Origin: a virus
Taxonomy: Duplodnaviria; Caudoviricetes
Virus record (IMG/VR): IMGVR_UViG_3300046049_000141
Coordinates: 1-34,328 of that record
Reading direction: 5' to 3' (one strand)
Length of the DNA stretch: 34,328 nt
The translations under genes were made by a program, and so were the position numbers. The stretch's first letter is position 1. Each line of letters starts with the position of its first letter. The notes below the pieces were generated by a model. It searched no databases. It saw only the letters and a program-made list of their open reading frames with translations, and was not told where the DNA came from. Positions 26,323-33,944 of this stretch are shown here, piece by piece.

Positions 26323-26618
26323 TACTCTCCAGTGCTAGCGTTCTTTTTGGGACGACCAGGGGATTTTTTGGTGCTTTCTGGTTTTTCCACTTCAATGGTC
26401 TCCGTATTCTGTTTAGAAGTGTCCTGAGCAGGCTTCACCTCTTCGATAACGCGAGCCTCAGTGCGACTCTGGATTAAGTCAGAGAATTTTCTCTTGGCCT
26501 CTTTCCAACTCTCAACCTCAACATGGTTTTCCCCAGGGTTGAGCCAGACCTTATTGAAGCCTTCAGCACTTTGTCTTCCCATTAATTCTGGTCGATAGAT
26601 AATCTTAGTCTTGGCCAT
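26322..26618 (-). CDS. Hypothetical protein downstream of the capsid gene
   Basis: 98 aa, LNPGEN motif, basic tail (PGRPKK), translationally coupled to the adaptor gene. Confidence 0.7.
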   Translation of the reverse strand: MAKTKIIYRPELMGRQSAEGFNKVWLNPGENHVEVESWKEAKRKFSDLIQSRTEARVIEEVKPAQDTSKQNTETIEVEKPESTKKSPGRPKKNASTGE

Positions 26619-26651
26619 GGTGATTCAATATCAAACTTTTAATTTCCGAAG

Positions 26652-26695
26652 TGTTTAGGATTGTTATGGGGACTCCCCTAGAACAACCCTAAACA
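26652..26695. repeat. Palindromic repeat, copy 3 (symmetrised loop)
   Basis: TGTTTAGGATTGTTAT-GGGGACTCCCC-TAGAACAACCCTAAACA. Confidence 0.85.
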
Positions 26696-26705
26696 GAATT
26701 GCTAG

Positions 26706-27674
26706 TTAGCTCTTGGTGGGAATATCGACATAGCGAGCCGCTTTGGGGTAGTTAAACCAGCAACCAGCGGTAAATTGAACCAGAACCACCTTAAACATTT
26801 GGTCGTGCTGAGTTTCTGGAAGCTGTTGGGCTTCCGTAATGCGACCTTGAACCACTTCTTCATTGAGCGGATAGAAGATCACGCGATCGCGTCCATTACC
26901 AGAAGCGGTTACACCAAACTGTTCTAGTTGAGCAGCTTTACACTCGGTGACAGGTTCAATCGCTTCAATATAAGGAGAATTCTTGAGGACATACTCCTTA
27001 ATGGTGGTATCCGTGCCAGAAACAGACTTGGTGGTTAGTTGCGTATGGAGAGCAACAGGTACCAAAACCACGTTGGGACGTTCGGTTAACTGGCTCTCAT
27101 CGGCGATGTCATCAGCTTCACTGATGAGGAAATCAGCAATCTCTTGAGCAGTCACACTAGAGTCGTTAATGAAGTCTGTAGATTCATTGCGCTGGGGTAC
27201 ATGACTGTTGGAATAAAAACCAGGAACATCTAGCCCAGGACTACCATAAGCCACCACTTGGTTAAGCTTCTCAGCAATTGCTCGGCGAGCAGAGTACATA
27301 CGATAATTGGTGAGATTACCAGAGTGATAACCGTTACGACTTGCTTGCTGAGCGGAAAGTAACTCATTCCAAGAGTATTGGAAAGCGCTGGAGAGTTGGA
27401 TGACCTTATACTTGTCTTCGCCAACTCCAGCATGCGCTAGAGGAACATCCGTAGCAGCACCAGCCGTTACAGCGGCATCTCCGTAAGTATCGACTGTTTC
27501 TTGAATAACCGAGCTAGCTCCAAGGGGGAGGTCGGTCATCAACCGAACATACCTACCATTTGCGAACGGTAGTGAAGAATAGCGACGGGTGAGAACTTCC
27601 GGAAGGTTATATTCTAGATGTCGCCTTAGAAACCCGCCAGCTTCTGCAAACGCATCTTGTTTAATTTGAGCCAT
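26706..27674 (-). CDS. Major capsid protein, DUF2184 family
   Basis: 322 aa, F.YSW.EL..A, ARRAI.E.LN.V..YG...PG..N, AG..FNYP.A.Y; strong RBS AGGAG; follows the DUF2213 and decoration genes. Confidence 0.88.
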   Translation of the reverse strand: MAQIKQDAFAEAGGFLRRHLEYNLPEVLTRRYSSLPFANGRYVRLMTDLPLGASSVIQETVDTYGDAAVTAGAATDVPLAHAGVGEDKYKVIQLSSAFQYSWNELLSAQQASRNGYHSGNLTNYRMYSARRAIAEKLNQVVAYGSPGLDVPGFYSNSHVPQRNESTDFINDSSVTAQEIADFLISEADDIADESQLTERPNVVLVPVALHTQLTTKSVSGTDTTIKEYVLKNSPYIEAIEPVTECKAAQLEQFGVTASGNGRDRVIFYPLNEEVVQGRITEAQQLPETQHDQMFKVVLVQFTAGCWFNYPKAARYVDIPTKS

Positions 27675-27701
27675 GATATAGTCTTTCTCCTATAGGTTTA
27701 A

Positions 27702-28184
27702 TTACACTAAGTTCAGTTCGAGGGGTACAATGTCACCAGCAGATGCAGATGCTAGGAAACTAGCAGAAGTAATCTGCGTAGCATTACTGCTATCTCCATC
27801 GGTACGGAAACGACCAATTTCGGTGTTACCGCCGTTGGCAGTATGCCGATAATAAACGTCATCGGCAGGAGTAACAGCTTCTTCTGGCACTACATAGACA
27901 ACACCGCGACGCATATAAGGGAAACGACGCTTTTGTTCGTAGCCATCGTCACCATCAATAGACTCCTCATATAAGTCTTCTCGAATGGCAACACCGAAGA
28001 TGGTTTCGGTAGCAGAGCTAGGCATTACAGCCTCGCCATCGTTGCTTCCGCGAACAACAACACGACCATAGGGAATAACCCTACTATCAGCATTGGTTGC
28101 GCTACGTAGAACAGGGGTTTCACTCTGAGCAACCTGCCCTTCGAAGCCTTTAGGAATGTATTTTGTATAATCGGTAAACGGCAT
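27702..28184 (-). CDS. Capsid decoration / cement protein
   Basis: GFEGQ, IPYGRVVV, FGVA, RRGVVYV..E.V...D.VY; position between DUF2213 and the capsid gene. Confidence 0.8.
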   Translation of the reverse strand: MPFTDYTKYIPKGFEGQVAQSETPVLRSATNADSRVIPYGRVVVRGSNDGEAVMPSSATETIFGVAIREDLYEESIDGDDGYEQKRRFPYMRRGVVYVVPEEAVTPADDVYYRHTANGGNTEIGRFRTDGDSSNATQITSASFLASASAGDIVPLELNLV

Positions 28185-28195
28185 AGATTAACTCC

Positions 28196-29551
28196 TTAAT
28201 TATTTAGCCAGTTGAATTCTTCAGCGTAAGCCTCAGATTGAGCTTTTAAAGCCTCATCCATGCGATCTTCAGTACCTTCAGGTTTTTGGTTTTGTGCTTC
28301 CTGAGTAGCTGTATACAGCTCATCTACTTTACGCTGAGAATCATTACGGAATAGATCCTGGGTTTCCTTGAGAGTTGCGAAGCTAGAGCGGATTTGCTCA
28401 TCACTCCAACTGTCTACTTTTTCACTGAGACCAGAATTAGCTAGGGCAGACTTGAAAATTTCCGTATCAGTCATCGTAGGATTGAACTCAGTCCCTTGCG
28501 GGAGTAGTTCTTCAGCTTCTTTGAAAGCGTCATAGCGAGCTTTGAACTGCTCCTCAAACTGCTTCGAGTCGAGGCGCTGGTTTAATTCCTCATTAGCTTT
28601 ATTAAGCTGGGCTTTAACCGTATCCAGATTAGCTGTGGCTTCATCTAGTTGAGACTTTTGCTCTTTAGAGTCTGCTTTGAGTTGCTCAATTTCTTGATTT
28701 TTGGCATCCACCTTGGCAAGCATATCTTCGTACATTTCATATGCTTTAGAATCTTGTTTCTGAGCCTCTTGCATTTCAGCCATTTGACTCATCTTAGATT
28801 TCATTTCTTCAATGTATGCATGAGCCTTTTTCATGTCCTCATGCATTTTCATATAGCTGTCATAAACAGCATCCTCAACTTGATAATTGCTATTATTAAT
28901 TTTTAGATCTTTCATACTTTCTTCCTTGTACTGGTTTTCACTACAATTGTTGTCAACATTTTTAAATGAATCAGCTTCATCCAATCGTACTGCTGAAGCT
29001 GTGTTCATTTCATCAAGTTTAAGACTAGTAACATCACCAGCACGGGCACGCTTCACCAATGCTATGTGATTACCCTTAATATTTTTCTGTATCCGGTCAT
29101 ATTGGTACTGCTTACCTTTTTCGCCTACTAAGCCTTCTTCATCGGTCCAAGTGCCAGAACTATCTTCTACTTCACAGAGATAACCATTAGAAAGTTGCTT
29201 GTGAGAAGTGGTTGCCGCTTCCACAGCATCCTTATGAGTAATAGTTAATTCTGCTTCTAATAGCCCATTTTCATACTCAACTTCACCAGATAAACCCTTG
29301 GAGTAATTCGCTGCATTCTCAGCGTTTACCAACATAGGTGGATGATTAAGGGTAATGGGTTGACGCTGAAAAGATTCAGCAGACTTCTTAACCTCTTCTG
29401 GTGGTCTAAACTCACGAATCGTTTCGCCATTTTGTTGGTATTCTTGCACGCCTATGCGCGCTATAATCCCCTCTGTCCGAATATAGCCGTTATCATCAAC
29501 TTTCGGATTACTAGGAATTTCTACAAAATCTTGGCGATATTCATGAGTCAT
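28196..29551 (-). CDS. DUF2213 head maturation / scaffold protein
   Basis: GY....IAR.GVQEY, R.PEEV, PITLNHP, LS.GY, Q..I.GNHIALV.RARAG, followed by a coiled-coil scaffold. Confidence 0.93.
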   Translation of the reverse strand: MTHEYRQDFVEIPSNPKVDDNGYIRTEGIIARIGVQEYQQNGETIREFRPPEEVKKSAESFQRQPITLNHPPMLVNAENAANYSKGLSGEVEYENGLLEAELTITHKDAVEAATTSHKQLSNGYLCEVEDSSGTWTDEEGLVGEKGKQYQYDRIQKNIKGNHIALVKRARAGDVTSLKLDEMNTASAVRLDEADSFKNVDNNCSENQYKEESMKDLKINNSNYQVEDAVYDSYMKMHEDMKKAHAYIEEMKSKMSQMAEMQEAQKQDSKAYEMYEDMLAKVDAKNQEIEQLKADSKEQKSQLDEATANLDTVKAQLNKANEELNQRLDSKQFEEQFKARYDAFKEAEELLPQGTEFNPTMTDTEIFKSALANSGLSEKVDSWSDEQIRSSFATLKETQDLFRNDSQRKVDELYTATQEAQNQKPEGTEDRMDEALKAQSEAYAEEFNWLNN

Positions 29552-29654
29552 TTTGAGTTAACATACTCCCTCTTTCAGGTTAAATGTTTCTCGTAAGTAT
29601 TAAGAAATCAGTAACAATTAATACAGATTGTTATGAATGATTAATATTTAACAA

Positions 29655-29876
29655 ATGGTAGAAGAAAAAGAACTGAAAAGAAAGCAAGGAAACCTAATCA
29701 ACTTCTATCGACGTATAAAAAGGTTAACCCAACAAGAGTTGGGCGATAAACTAGGATATTCTAATGGAGTTATTAGCGGTTACGAGCGCGGTAGAACATC
29801 TCCATCAAGCATTGAGATGGAGAAAATTGCAAATATTCTTGAACGTGATTTAAACGATTTTAAGGTGCTTTCTTAG
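29655..29876 (+). CDS. XRE-family HTH transcriptional regulator
   Basis: R....LTQQELG..LG.S...IS.YERG...PS......IA..L; divergent from the head operon. Confidence 0.92.
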   Translation: MVEEKELKRKQGNLINFYRRIKRLTQQELGDKLGYSNGVISGYERGRTSPSSIEMEKIANILERDLNDFKVLS

Positions 29877-29912
29877 CACCATTGAAGTAGGGAATTACCT
29901 AGAAAAACTCCT

Positions 29913-30299
29913 TTGGGTAAGGATATTAAGGAAATGAACAAATTAACAAAATCGATTTATCAAGCAGTGCGGTCACTTCAATTCTACACCGAAGCAGAGT
30001 TAAGCAAAGCCAACCGAGAATATCGAGCTGGTTATACTGAAAAAGGAATCCTATATGAGCAAAATGCTACTGCTTTAATTGAGATTTTGGACATGGTAAT
30101 TACAAGGCGATTTCTAACCGCCTTGGAATTTACTCGTGTCGTTTCTGAGGTTCAAGGAGAAGCGTTCATCGTTCCCACAGATTTACAGGATTTATTGCTG
30201 TTCGCTAACGTTAGCAAGTTCAACTGCAAAGCCGAAATGACTGAAGAAGAGATGACTGGTTTGCTAATCCAAAGAGAGCACTGGATTAACAACCAATAA
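29913..30299 (+). CDS. Hypothetical protein
   Basis: 128-aa ORF filling the space after the HTH gene; start is TTG 29913 or ATG 29934. Confidence 0.65.
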   Translation: MGKDIKEMNKLTKSIYQAVRSLQFYTEAELSKANREYRAGYTEKGILYEQNATALIEILDMVITRRFLTALEFTRVVSEVQGEAFIVPTDLQDLLLFANVSKFNCKAEMTEEEMTGLLIQREHWINNQ

Positions 30300-30467
30300 T
30301 CAAAATTCAGCTTCGTAGTAATCTGTCGAAACTCCCCCACCACCAACAAAAAGCTTTTCCTCACGCTCTTGAGAAGCTTTGACAAGCAAAAGAGTGGAAA
30401 TCGATAACAGAAAAACGCAGAAGGAAAAGGTAACAGCGACTAAAGAAATGATTAGAGCGATTTGCAT
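30300..30467 (-). CDS. Small single-pass membrane protein (55 aa, absent from the ORF track)
   Basis: MQIALIISLVAVTFSFCVFLLSISTLLLVKASQEREEKLFVGGGGVSTDYYEAEF*; preceded by the GCATATTTGAG motif; stop codon abuts the stop of the convergent gene. Confidence 0.6.
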   Translation of the reverse strand: MQIALIISLVAVTFSFCVFLLSISTLLLVKASQEREEKLFVGGGGVSTDYYEAEF

Positions 30468-30626
30468 GACTATTTTCAGAGTTTTCTCAAATATGCATGA
30501 TTAGATTTACCTTTCAGATGAGACCCTAAAGAAAGAAATTTGAGCATAAAGGCTTGTTGAGCAGTGGTCAGGTAGCAATAGCCCTCTTCAGTAATTAGTT
30601 GCGCTGTAGCTCAATTTTGTAGGAAT

Positions 30627-31571
30627 TCAATCAAACACCTTTTCCACCTCTTTAGCCAAAAGCTTACCTAACGGAAGGGAGACAGCATTGCCTGCCTGCT
30701 GATGCAAGTTGGCTTTCCTTATATCAGGTAGCTTATATTCCCAAAACCCTTGCAAGTTAAAAGTTTCTTTAGGCAGGAGTTTTCGGTAGTTTCCAGCATC
30801 CGTAACTATTACAGGAACATTATGCCCTCCACCGCCCATGTTGGCTGTTAGGCAAGGGGCGTAGCCGTTTTTATGGGTTCTAACATCAAGTCGCCCAAGT
30901 TGAAAAATCGCGTTATGATAGTCACCTTTATACTCATTGATAGCTTTTTTATACAACTCGTAATATTTCGTGAATTGTTGAGGAGTAAAATAGTCCTTGC
31001 TGTCTTCGCTTTCCTCTCCGAAATCAATACAGCTAGACAAAGGTGGCATTTTCTGATTCGGCAGTTGGGAGTTAAACTTAAACCATTTCAAAGGATCTCT
31101 GAAACCCACTATAAAAACCCTTTCTCTGTTCTGGGGTACACCGTAATTCTTAGAATTGCAACAGAGATAGGTTACATGAAAACCCAAGTTCTGAAGCGTT
31201 AACATTAGCCATTTGAAGGTTTCTCCCTTATTATGAGAGAGAAAGTTCTTCACATTCTCTAAACAGAAACCTTCTACATTAGGGTTATCAATTAGTTCTA
31301 TAGTCTTAAATAGTGGTTTAGCCCTATCGTCCTTGAATCCCTTTCTTAACCCCGATATGGAGTAAGGCTGGCAATTAAAACCACCCACAATAAAGTTATG
31401 GTCGGGATATTTCTCGCGAGTTAGTATGTCATCACATACAACATTCACATGAGGATGATTGAGGCGATAGGTCTCAACCGTGTTAGGGTTGCTATCAATC
31501 GCCATAACCACGTTTTTGTAAGGAGAACACAACCCACCTATTCCAGAAAAGAGACTTAGAACCTTAAGCAT
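30627..31571 (-). CDS. DNA cytosine-C5 methyltransferase
   Basis: Motif I LSLFSGIGG, IV GGFNCQPYS, VI LENVKN, VIII PQNRER, X QAGNAV. Confidence 0.93.
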   Translation of the reverse strand: MLKVLSLFSGIGGLCSPYKNVVMAIDSNPNTVETYRLNHPHVNVVCDDILTREKYPDHNFIVGGFNCQPYSISGLRKGFKDDRAKPLFKTIELIDNPNVEGFCLENVKNFLSHNKGETFKWLMLTLQNLGFHVTYLCCNSKNYGVPQNRERVFIVGFRDPLKWFKFNSQLPNQKMPPLSSCIDFGEESEDSKDYFTPQQFTKYYELYKKAINEYKGDYHNAIFQLGRLDVRTHKNGYAPCLTANMGGGGHNVPVIVTDAGNYRKLLPKETFNLQGFWEYKLPDIRKANLHQQAGNAVSLPLGKLLAKEVEKVFD

Positions 31572-32079
31572 AAAAATCTTGCTTATTTAACAAATAACCA
31601 AAATTATTTCTTAGTAATCCCCCGCAAATTAAAGCTCCTTGGGGGTAAAATTTCTTCTTAGAGTCAAATTCTTCTTTAGGAATTATACGGGAAATCTTGG
31701 CTGTACCCGCGGTTTTCTCTAAAAAGATTGGTTGAGAAGTATCGTATTCCATCTTTACAACAATATATCCGTCTACGTTCTCGTTAATTTGATAAGATTC
31801 AACGAGCAAATATTTTCCATATATGGGAATAGTTTTTATGCTTATTTTTTTATCATTAATGAGAAGATCCCAACCGCTATCTACAACACCGTAAGTGTAA
31901 ATATCAAAATCTACTTCACCACCATATTTTTGTGCAACTAAAAACTCTCCTAACTTGCCGATGGCAATATCTCTGGCAGTTTTTTCCTTACTACGTTGAA
32001 TACCTACTTGATTGGTACTCTCAGCCTTCTTTGAGCTGAATTCCTTAATTCGCTTAATTGCGTTAGTAGTGGTAAACAT
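31564..32079 (-). CDS. Putative PD-(D/E)XK nuclease, candidate restriction endonuclease
   Basis: GKLGE...D.GWD.....KISIKT pattern; overlaps the MTase start by 8 bp; AT-rich. Confidence 0.5.
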   Translation of the reverse strand: MFTTTNAIKRIKEFSSKKAESTNQVGIQRSKEKTARDIAIGKLGEFLVAQKYGGEVDFDIYTYGVVDSGWDLLINDKKISIKTIPIYGKYLLVESYQINENVDGYIVVKMEYDTSQPIFLEKTAGTAKISRIIPKEEFDSKKKFYPQGALICGGLLRNNFGYLLNKQDFYA

Positions 32080-32169
32080 GAATACTTGAAATGCTGGTAC
32101 ATCTCAAATATTCAAGTTGTGGTGAACATGATTATTTGAGATGCGGGGTACATCCCAAATGTTGAAGCT
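32069..32169. repeat. ~50-bp tandem duplication with internal inverted repeats
   Basis: GTGGTAAACATGAATACTTGAAATGCTGGTACATCTCAAATATTCAAGTT / GTGGTGAACATGATTATTTGAGATGCGGGGTACATCCCAAATGTTGAAGCT. Confidence 0.75.
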
Positions 32170-32235
32170 TTTGTGATTTAGTTAAATAATCGCAAAAACT
32201 ATGTTAATCCAATAGGATTCGCCTATATCATGAGC

Positions 32236-32390
32236 TTGACCTCTCCCCGCTTGAAAACACGGAAATCGTGAATGCTCCGATATGGCCTGGATAAGTTATT
32301 TAGTCCATACTGTTAGAGCAAATAGCAGGGTCAAAACTGCTCTAAGCACCTTGGCTAGAACTAGCCTAGCTGTATGCTTACTTTTACTTA
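32236..32390 (-). ncRNA. Stand-alone TnpB omegaRNA-like scaffold, cassette C; putative guide GCTCATGATATAGGCGAATC from 32235
   Basis: Reverse complement TAAGTAAAAGTAAGCATACAGCTAGG..CTAGCCAAGGTG..TTTGACCCTGC..CATATCGGAGCATT..GGGGAGAGGTCAA, homologous to 419-565 and 1752-1933. Confidence 0.72.
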
Positions 32391-32396
32391 TTTATA

Positions 32397-32424
32397 AGTA
32401 TATCACATAGTTTGTAAAAGGCAA
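32397..32424 (-). promoter_or_regulatory. Promoter of omegaRNA cassette C
   Basis: TTGCCT-N16-TATACT with an extended -10 TG; homologous to 384-412. Confidence 0.6.
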
Positions 32425-32445
32425 GGTTCGAGGCGATTACTTTTT

Positions 32446-32488
32446 TGTTTAATCTTGTTATATAAGTCCCCTATAACAAGGTTAAACA
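32446..32488. repeat. Palindromic repeat, copy 4 (followed by an IS-end hairpin ending GGTAGTTCAC at 32540)
   Basis: TGTTTAATCTTGTTATATAAGTCCCCTATAACAAGGTTAAACA. Confidence 0.9.
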
Positions 32489-32536
32489 AAATCGCCGTAA
32501 GTCCCACGCCATAGTTTTTGATCTGGTGTTGGTAGT

Positions 32537-33217
32537 TCACGAAGAGTTAGCTTCCTCTCGACTTCTATACCACCGAATGGAGCAACAACAGTTGGACAGA
32601 CAACTACAACGAGTTGCAATGGGGACTACATCCTTGGCTGGAACTACACCTCTAGCGGCATAAGCTACGCATTCAGCGCAATGGGGAGAACAAGCACCTA
32701 AAAATCTCTGACCGAATTTATATCCGGCTTCTCTTTTAGCTGATTTCTGCGCTCTGGAGAAATGAATCCGAAAGGAGCCAGCATACATCTTTACTCTGGC
32801 TTTGGCTTCCCTCTTAGAGAGCTTTCCGTCCCGCAAGTCCTTGGCAAACTGTCTGAGTCTGGGATACTGATTGTCTTTCAGCTCTCTACCCACTTCCAAA
32901 TAGTCTTCAACCTGCGTCCTATCCTTACCACCGCGACCTAAGATAGCTCCCTGGACTCCTAAGGTTTTTAAGCGCTTTGCATTATCTCTATGCCAATCTC
33001 GTAGGCTCAAGTCACCGTTGATTAAGTCGGTAATAGATTGATCCATATCTGTCTGTGCAGAGCGTACACGACCTTTTGTGAGGGCTAAAATGATTTTCCT
33101 GGATAATAGTCGCCCAGTCTTCTTGTCTCTGTAGCGAGCTAATTTGCTGTCCCAGGTGTATCCCTCTTCTCCGTAAGTATCTGTATAGTACCTTTCGAGG
33201 CGATCGCTTAGTTCCAT
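32537..33217 (-). CDS. Putative minor head morphogenesis protein (MuF/SPP1 gp7-like)
   Basis: Basic 226-aa protein with RYRD..TGR and C-terminal HC.EC...A.RG...CSC.SNCCCSI. Confidence 0.65.
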   Translation of the reverse strand: MELSDRLERYYTDTYGEEGYTWDSKLARYRDKKTGRLLSRKIILALTKGRVRSAQTDMDQSITDLINGDLSLRDWHRDNAKRLKTLGVQGAILGRGGKDRTQVEDYLEVGRELKDNQYPRLRQFAKDLRDGKLSKREAKARVKMYAGSFRIHFSRAQKSAKREAGYKFGQRFLGACSPHCAECVAYAARGVVPAKDVVPIATRCSCLSNCCCSIRWYRSREEANSS

Positions 33218-33221
33218 ATTT

Positions 33222-33264
33222 TGTTTAATGTTGTTATGGGGGACTTATATAACAATCCTAAACA
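33222..33264. repeat. Palindromic repeat, copy 5 (core inverted)
   Basis: TGTTTAATGTTGTTATG-GGGGACTTA-TATAACAATCCTAAACA. Confidence 0.9.
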
Positions 33265-33267
33265 GAT

Positions 33268-33573
33268 TCACTCTGCTTCCAGAATGTCGCTGTACTTTTC
33301 GGGAGCACTTTCCTTCCAGTCTTCTATAGCCTCTCTTACATCTTGCTCAGTAATGTTGGCGATGTTGTCATATTCGCTTTGACTAAATATCTCGCCAGCT
33401 ACCTTAATTTTCTCCTCAGGAGTTTGGATAGCACTGTCTTCCCGCTCATTTTGTTGCCAAGAGAGATTGAGAACTTCAGCTTCAAAGATTCCTTCTAGTT
33501 GCTCCTCATCAAAGCAGGCGAAATCCTCATTTGGGTAAAGGTTGCTCAAGAACTCAAATTGGTAGTTAGACAT
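33268..33573 (-). CDS. Acidic hypothetical protein
   Basis: ATG 33573 lies 31 nt from an upstream motif copy; C-terminal A.ITEQDV.EAI.DW...APEKY..ILEAE. Confidence 0.7.
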   Translation of the reverse strand: MSNYQFEFLSNLYPNEDFACFDEEQLEGIFEAEVLNLSWQQNEREDSAIQTPEEKIKVAGEIFSQSEYDNIANITEQDVREAIEDWKESAPEKYSDILEAE

Positions 33574-33610
33574 GGTTATCGCCAACGCTCCAATTCAATA
33601 GTGCTTAATT

Positions 33611-33653
33611 TGTTTAGAGTTGTTATATAAGTCCCCTATAACAAGGTTAAACA
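33611..33653. repeat. Palindromic repeat, copy 6
   Basis: TGTTTAGAGTTGTTATATAAGTCCCCTATAACAAGGTTAAACA. Confidence 0.9.
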
Positions 33654-33654
33654 A

Positions 33655-33944
33655 ATTGGCTGTAACTCCCATGCCATAATCTTTAATTTGGCGTGCGGAT
33701 ATAAGGCAAATGGCTAATATTGTGATATAATGAAGAAAAGCTCACACAAAATCTTCAGAGATTACGAAAACCAAGTAATCAAAGAAGTTAGTAATTTGGC
33801 TACAGTTTTCCGCCTCTGGAACGGAGGCGACTGCCAGTGGAGGCAATGTAAGACCGATCAGGAGATTTATGTCTTCTGTGATGGCAAATGCCGTTGAAAC
33901 TGGAAGCCAACACCATAATCTTTGATTCGGTGTTGGTAGTTCAC
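33655..33944 (+). mobile_element. Non-autonomous IS200/IS605 derivative retaining left end, promoter, omegaRNA-like 3' region and right end (cassette D)
   Basis: Left-end-like GCTGTAACTCCCATGCCA..TGGCGTGCGGATATAAG; TGaTATAAT at 33723-33731; TnpB C-tail-like ASGTEATASGGNVRP; right-end hairpin CCAACACC..GGTGTTGG then TAGTTCAC. Confidence 0.6.

Noticed and set aside
30152-30385. 77-aa - strand ORF
   Set aside because: Overlaps the 128-aa + gene; the 55-aa membrane ORF in another frame fits the space and the upstream motif better.
32069-32169. Tandem units interpreted as a mini CRISPR array
   Set aside because: The units are contiguous without a unique spacer and include a duplicated start codon.
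13489-33653. Palindromic repeats interpreted as a CRISPR array
   Set aside because: Copies are dispersed by hundreds to thousands of bases, with no regular spacers and no cas genes.
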